Assembly (NCBI GenBank): GCA_011364905.1
Contig: RDNZ01000002.1
Coordinates: forward strand, 64,001-128,000
DNA length: 64,000 nt
Direction of reading: 5' to 3'
Source: Candidatus Thorarchaeota archaeon
GTDB lineage: Archaea > Asgardarchaeota > Thorarchaeia > Thorarchaeales > Thorarchaeaceae
A program made the translations under genes and the position numbers. Below the pieces are notes generated by a model. It did no database searches. It saw only the letters and a program-made list of their open reading frames with translations, and was not told where the DNA came from. Every line of letters starts with the position of its first letter. Positions within the stretch are counted from its first letter, which is position 1. Positions 59,632 through 64,000 of the stretch are shown one piece after another.

Positions 59632-60211
59632 CGCCTCCTGTGTTCACCAGTTGCATCTCGTAGAGTCCTGCACGCTCCACAGGTGTATGAGGATAGGATG
59701 AACGCATGGCACTCTCTAACGTTGTCACATCATCAAACACCTTCTCAGCCAACATCCTGATTATGCGTGCCCCATTCCAAAATCGGAGAGACCGTCTGAC
59801 AACCTGCATACCAACCAGCGTTGAGTTGTCATCCAAAGGGCGACACACGAAGAACCGAACCTCACATTGACTCTCTTTCTTGAACTGCTCACTCATAGCT
59901 CTCAGTACCTGTTTGGCTGCGTGCGAAACATCAATCCCCAAGGGTACGCTAGCCAGTAAGCAACCTGCTTGAACCTCTACAGTCCAATTGCGACGAATGG
60001 CCATGGTGCCGGTTGCCTCATCCCAGAATACAACGACGGGTCGTTTCCATAAAACGAAGAGAGCGATTACTAGAGACGCTAAACCAATCCCAACCAAGGT
60101 CTCGAAAGCAAATCTTCCTTTGGGGTCCATGATGATTCTAGTTGACCATGCCGCCAGAACAGCAGCTGGAACAGTCCATTTCACCCACTCATAATCCTGG
60201 TAATTCCTCAT
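59618..60211 (-). CDS. hypothetical protein, 2 N-terminal TM plus soluble alpha/beta domain
   Basis: RBS GAGGAGGGTG, 3 nt after the XPD stop codon. Confidence 0.75.
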   Translation of the reverse strand: MRNYQDYEWVKWTVPAAVLAAWSTRIIMDPKGRFAFETLVGIGLASLVIALFVLWKRPVVVFWDEATGTMAIRRNWTVEVQAGCLLASVPLGIDVSHAAKQVLRAMSEQFKKESQCEVRFFVCRPLDDNSTLVGMQVVRRSLRFWNGARIIRMLAEKVFDDVTTLESAMRSSYPHTPVERAGLYEMQLVNTGGVVSG

Positions 60212-60214
60212 TCA

Positions 60215-62152
60215 TCACACCCTCCTCACAAACATCCCGATGGCGTCTCGCAGCTCATCCTCTCCTCTGTATGGCCAGAGATCTGCGGCTGTGTCCTCTC
60301 CGAATACGTCAATGTGTTTCAAGAACCGCTTGTCTAATAGCACAACTATGCCTTGATCCTCCGGTGACCTCCTGAGTCTTCCTGCCATTTGTGCAACTTT
60401 TCGTATTGATGGTACAACCACAGCATAATAGTACCCTGAGCCAGCTCCGTATCTTCGATCATAGAAGTCCTGCAACGCTTTTTGATGACTTGTCGGAGGA
60501 CTGAATGGTATCCCCACACCAATAATGAGGTCCACCATGCTAGACCCCGCCTCCACCAAGTCTACTCCTTCGCTCACCTTTCCACCATAAACACAGAACA
60601 AGGCATGGGGCTGCGAGGCGAGAGCTTCCTTCACATCATCAATTCTACTGCGTCTATCCTCAATAAGACGCTCTCGAAATCCTGCGTTTACTCCAAAACT
60701 CAAGACATCTCGCATGATTGCATAGCTCGGGAAAGCAATCATGGCGCTCTTGTTGGCGGGAACTGCCTCGAGTACGGTTTCGATCCTCTCACTCAAAGTA
60801 CGCCAAAGGTCAGGTCCTCTGGACTTGTAGCTTGTTGATACTTCTCTGTCCACTAGAATGAGCCTTGTTCCTCGTGGATAGGGACTGGAAAGTTCCTCAC
60901 CTTTTGCACTACCAATTCCAAGTATTCGTTTGTAGTGAGAGAGTGGTCTCAGAGTTCCAGACATAAGGAGCGAGGAGCGTGCCATCCTGAGTATCGGAGC
61001 AATTAGTCCAGCAGCATTCAGTGGACGAATCTTCAGGATAACGCGCATGATGTCTTGGTGCTCCTCCCAGCCGGTTGACTTCTCAATGGTGACCAACCAG
61101 TCATCACTCTCGGTAGCTTTTCTTCCAGCATAGAGGAAAGACACTAGTCGATCCACTGGTGTGTCAACAGGGACAGTCTCATCCGCACCTTCAAGCAGAG
61201 TACTATACTCGATGAGCTGTTCCAAATCGCCTTGTGCAGCAAAACGCGGATAAGCGTCCCACTTGTCAAGACATCGTTCGTCCTTCAATGTGTCGAGATT
61301 CACCGAAACGGTCTCCCAAAGAAAATCGACTGTTTCCTCCAACCAACGCACACCAGTTTCTTTGACGATGTCGCGCTTGTGCTCTCTGAGCCATAGCAAG
61401 TCAGCCCCACGCAGCTCCGCAGCCTCAGCCTCTAGAACATGAGATGAGAGGTTATGAGCCTCATCCACAAGGATGTCAATCTCGTACAAGCCAATTCCTA
61501 GCGATGAAAGAAGGGCCATTTGGACACGGCTTCTAAACAGGTAGTCATAGGGACCAACAATGACTCTACTTTTCTTAGCGCACCATCTAAGCACCTCGTA
61601 GGGACACATACCATTGTCACGGCCAACATCCTCAGCTACCGACTGACTCACGACATTGTCTTTGAGGAGCTCATCTATAGTTTCTAGGAATGCCTGACGA
61701 GGTTGATGTCGTCCATCAGCATTTCTTCTGTAGCAATTCCAATAATAGGTGCAGTTGCCCGTTTTGACAAGGGCTGCGCACTCACGCATGAAACCCAACG
61801 AAGAAATATGCCTCATCTGACCCTTCATGGGACACACGTGTTTCCTAGAAACCATGCTGGTAGCTGTAAGCAGTGTATCCTGGGTGTAGATGCGTAATTG
61901 TGTGAGTTCTTCCTCGAACACCTTTGATTGCGAGTGAGTTCGGGTAAGCACGAGTAATCGTGACTCAGGATCATTCACACGTGCAGCCAAGTAACCGGAC
62001 AGAGCCGCAATGGTCTTTCCGATTCCGCAGTCGGCAGAGAGTAGACCCACCGTTCCCTCAGAGAATACTTCCTCTGCATATCGTAATGCGCGTTCTTGGT
62101 GCGGTCGTGGCTCATAGGGGAACCAGTCCATTGGGTCAGGTAGAGTTGCCAT
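60215..62152 (-). CDS. XPD/Rad3/DinG-family Fe-S DNA helicase
   Basis: Q motif RPHQ, ADCGIGKT, four Cys (HVCP, ECAA, NCTY, MCPYE), DEAH, SGTL, EGVD, QMAGRLRR. Confidence 0.92.
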   Translation of the reverse strand: MATLPDPMDWFPYEPRPHQERALRYAEEVFSEGTVGLLSADCGIGKTIAALSGYLAARVNDPESRLLVLTRTHSQSKVFEEELTQLRIYTQDTLLTATSMVSRKHVCPMKGQMRHISSLGFMRECAALVKTGNCTYYWNCYRRNADGRHQPRQAFLETIDELLKDNVVSQSVAEDVGRDNGMCPYEVLRWCAKKSRVIVGPYDYLFRSRVQMALLSSLGIGLYEIDILVDEAHNLSSHVLEAEAAELRGADLLWLREHKRDIVKETGVRWLEETVDFLWETVSVNLDTLKDERCLDKWDAYPRFAAQGDLEQLIEYSTLLEGADETVPVDTPVDRLVSFLYAGRKATESDDWLVTIEKSTGWEEHQDIMRVILKIRPLNAAGLIAPILRMARSSLLMSGTLRPLSHYKRILGIGSAKGEELSSPYPRGTRLILVDREVSTSYKSRGPDLWRTLSERIETVLEAVPANKSAMIAFPSYAIMRDVLSFGVNAGFRERLIEDRRSRIDDVKEALASQPHALFCVYGGKVSEGVDLVEAGSSMVDLIIGVGIPFSPPTSHQKALQDFYDRRYGAGSGYYYAVVVPSIRKVAQMAGRLRRSPEDQGIVVLLDKRFLKHIDVFGEDTAADLWPYRGEDELRDAIGMFVRRV

Positions 62153-62154
62153 CC

Positions 62155-62742
62155 TTATTCCCCCAGGTACAGACAGTTCTCGGCATTATGTATTCTGAAC
62201 TTTAGAGAAAAGTAGGAGCGAAGCAACAGATGGAATGTCTTTGCCGCTGCTGGCGAGTTGAAACCGTTCTTTTTGCCCACCATGCTTTCCAGTATCTGAG
62301 GGCTGAAACCTCTTCTGCGAGCTTGTCTCCAGAAGGTTCTCTCCACCTCCTCTACTGTGGCTTTATAGAAGTCAAGTGTCTGCTTCACTACTCGTTGGAG
62401 ATACTGCACAGCCTCCTTGGCCCTATGAGGGATCTCTGATACCTTCGTTTCAGTGGGGAGATAGACCGCCATACCTTCCCTGCTTTCAAGGTACACCTCC
62501 GAAGGTACACCTCTGGTACCACGTAGAACCTCAAGATGAGACAGAAGTCGCGGCAGCTGCGAGAGGGTAGGTCTTGCTCTATCTCGCCAATCCACCGTCG
62601 TGACCACATATAATTCTGGGTCAGGTTCGTGGTAAGCAACTGGAACGGTGGTCAGTCTGTGGGATGTATCACGCATTAAGAGGTTGGTCATGTTTATGAC
62701 AGATGCATGGGATTGATACGCAGGAGGCAGAACCACTGCCAT
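62155..62742 (-). CDS. hypothetical protein
   Basis: 195-aa soluble ORF coupled by a TGATG overlap. Confidence 0.75.
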   Translation of the reverse strand: MAVVLPPAYQSHASVINMTNLLMRDTSHRLTTVPVAYHEPDPELYVVTTVDWRDRARPTLSQLPRLLSHLEVLRGTRGVPSEVYLESREGMAVYLPTETKVSEIPHRAKEAVQYLQRVVKQTLDFYKATVEEVERTFWRQARRRGFSPQILESMVGKKNGFNSPAAAKTFHLLLRSYFSLKFRIHNAENCLYLGE

Positions 62743-63182
62743 CAGTATTCGTCCCCCACTGCTTTCAGAATCCCATCCATGTTCACAATTAAGTCCTCGT
62801 CCTCCAGCTGGTCTAAGAACCTAACAGCCTTGTCGATTTCGATGCCTGCTTCCTCGCACTCTTGAAGGACCCTATCACGACTCACTCCTGTTCCACGATT
62901 CAAGTCACTGAGGTCAGACACTATATTCAGCACGCGCTTCTTGACACCAAGACCATGTCTCGACTTGGACCTATGCGTAGTTGGTTTCCTCCAGACAATC
63001 CTCTGTATCTCTAGAAGAGCTCCCTCAACTGAATCGACATACTTCCAATCAGGACTAGGCTCGATTCTTCTGGAACAGAGATTGCACTTTGATTCCTCAT
63101 CCTCACTGTACACAGTAGCGTATCCGGTATAGCCGCAATGAGGACACATGAAGATTCTGTACATCTGTTCCTTTGAGGTCAC
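62742..63182 (-). CDS. Zn-ribbon plus winged-helix protein
   Basis: CPHC...CNLC, and a C-terminal GVSRDRVLQECEEAGIEIDKAVRFLDQLEDEDLI wHTH. Confidence 0.78.
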   Translation of the reverse strand: MTSKEQMYRIFMCPHCGYTGYATVYSEDEESKCNLCSRRIEPSPDWKYVDSVEGALLEIQRIVWRKPTTHRSKSRHGLGVKKRVLNIVSDLSDLNRGTGVSRDRVLQECEEAGIEIDKAVRFLDQLEDEDLIVNMDGILKAVGDEY

Positions 63183-64000
63183 TCCTCTTGCTCCTCCTCC
63201 TCAGTCTTCTTTCCCTTCTTCTGTTTCTTCTCGTCCTCGTCATCATCCGGCGAACCTAGAGACCCAAGTTTCTCAGAGATCATCTTTTCGGCGTTTTTCT
63301 TCTCTGTTGCATCGTTGTATAGACCGCCCCAGCCAATATGTACCTCAACATCAAACTCCGGAACTCCCGAGTTGTCCTTGAGTGAAATCTTCCGCTTCTT
63401 CTGCGCTCCGACCCTTGTGAAGAACCGATAGTCAGATGCGTGACTCAGAACATGACCACCAACAGGTGCAGATGGGTTTCCAGACCCATAGGTAGAGATT
63501 TGAGTCGTCACCTGATTTGTATACACAAAGATGGCATCGGTTGCAAGACCAAGACGACGCATCCAGTTCATCAGGGAGTTGATACTATACTGACGAGATG
63601 CCAAAGTACCGATGCCAGTGTACTCCTGCCGAAACAGACCGGTAAAGGAGTCTATCACCAGCATGCTGTACTCGCCTTCAGCCAGCATGAGTTGAATCTG
63701 CTCGGCATACTCCTCCATCTGACTGCTGAGCGCAATAGTTGCCACACTAATGTTACCAAGCACAACCTCTGGATCCAAGCCCCACCGTATCGCATTTGCA
63801 CGGATATGCTTGGTTTTGAAAGATGACTCCGTGTCCAACCACAAGATCCTTCCTTCTAAGCCGCCTTGTTCAAGGGGCAACTGGCACCTCACTGCAAGAT
63901 GGTGACAGAGGAAAGTCTTCCCTCCTCGCGCATTACCGTATATCTCAACTATTGATCCTGCTTCCAAACCGCCGAAAAGCTTGCTATCCAAGCTTTCAAT
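63179..64000 (-). CDS. radA: RadA/Rad51-like recombinase (5'-truncated by window edge)
   Basis: GNARGGKT, CQLPLEQGGLEG, WLDTESSF, VIDS...FRQEYTG...LASRQ, TNQV, PVGGHVLSH. Divergent from canonical RadA, so probably a paralogue. Confidence 0.85.
   Translation of the reverse strand: MESLDSKLFGGLEAGSIVEIYGNARGGKTFLCHHLAVRCQLPLEQGGLEGRILWLDTESSFKTKHIRANAIRWGLDPEVVLGNISVATIALSSQMEEYAEQIQLMLAEGEYSMLVIDSFTGLFRQEYTGIGTLASRQYSINSLMNWMRRLGLATDAIFVYTNQVTTQISTYGSGNPSAPVGGHVLSHASDYRFFTRVGAQKKRKISLKDNSGVPEFDVEVHIGWGGLYNDATEKKNAEKMISEKLGSLGSPDDDEDEKKQKKGKKTEEEEQEE

Noticed and set aside
49897-64000. Provirus, conjugative element or known defence system
   Set aside because: No integrase, relaxase, capsid, primase, att repeat or recognisable defence effector in the window. 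It cannot be excluded beyond the right edge.

Overview
This is an archaeal window, most likely from an Asgard archaeon. Thorarchaeota-like is my inference from the Ras/Rab-like small GTPases, archaeal RadA/Hel308/XPD/FEN1 family proteins, GGAGGTG-type RBSs and large type-I anchored surface proteins. 1-33 kb is a patchwork of mostly stand-alone metabolic, transport and modification genes: hydrolases, F420-dependent enzymes, methyltransferases, GNATs, MFS transporters, GH38 and GH3. It includes a TetR locus with repeated operators and an internally deleted methyltransferase relic, a GNAT-OB(SSB) fusion, and a membrane Zn-finger plus atypical small GTPase pair. 33-41 kb holds cysS, a larA-family gene and a feoA/split feoB/feoC/DtxR operon preceded by three TTAG-N6-CTAA boxes at a 19-bp period. 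41-49.5 kb holds a pseudo-GTPase and a 2287-aa surface protein with prenyltransferase-like repeats plus Ig-like repeats. The most striking element runs from 49.9 kb off the right edge. It is a tightly coupled minus-strand operon of at least 13 genes that interleaves recombination/repair enzymes with membrane proteins and a membrane-anchored, catalytically degenerate HerA/VirB4-like ATPase. The enzymes are a RadA-like recombinase, two further RadA/RadB paralogues, an Fe-S XPD-family helicase, a Hel308-like helicase with an inserted SWIM finger, and a FEN1/XPG nuclease with a PIP box. This is a candidate membrane-associated DNA transfer/recombination system. I recognised no rRNA, tRNA, CRISPR array or transposase. 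All family calls come from motif reading, not database searches.
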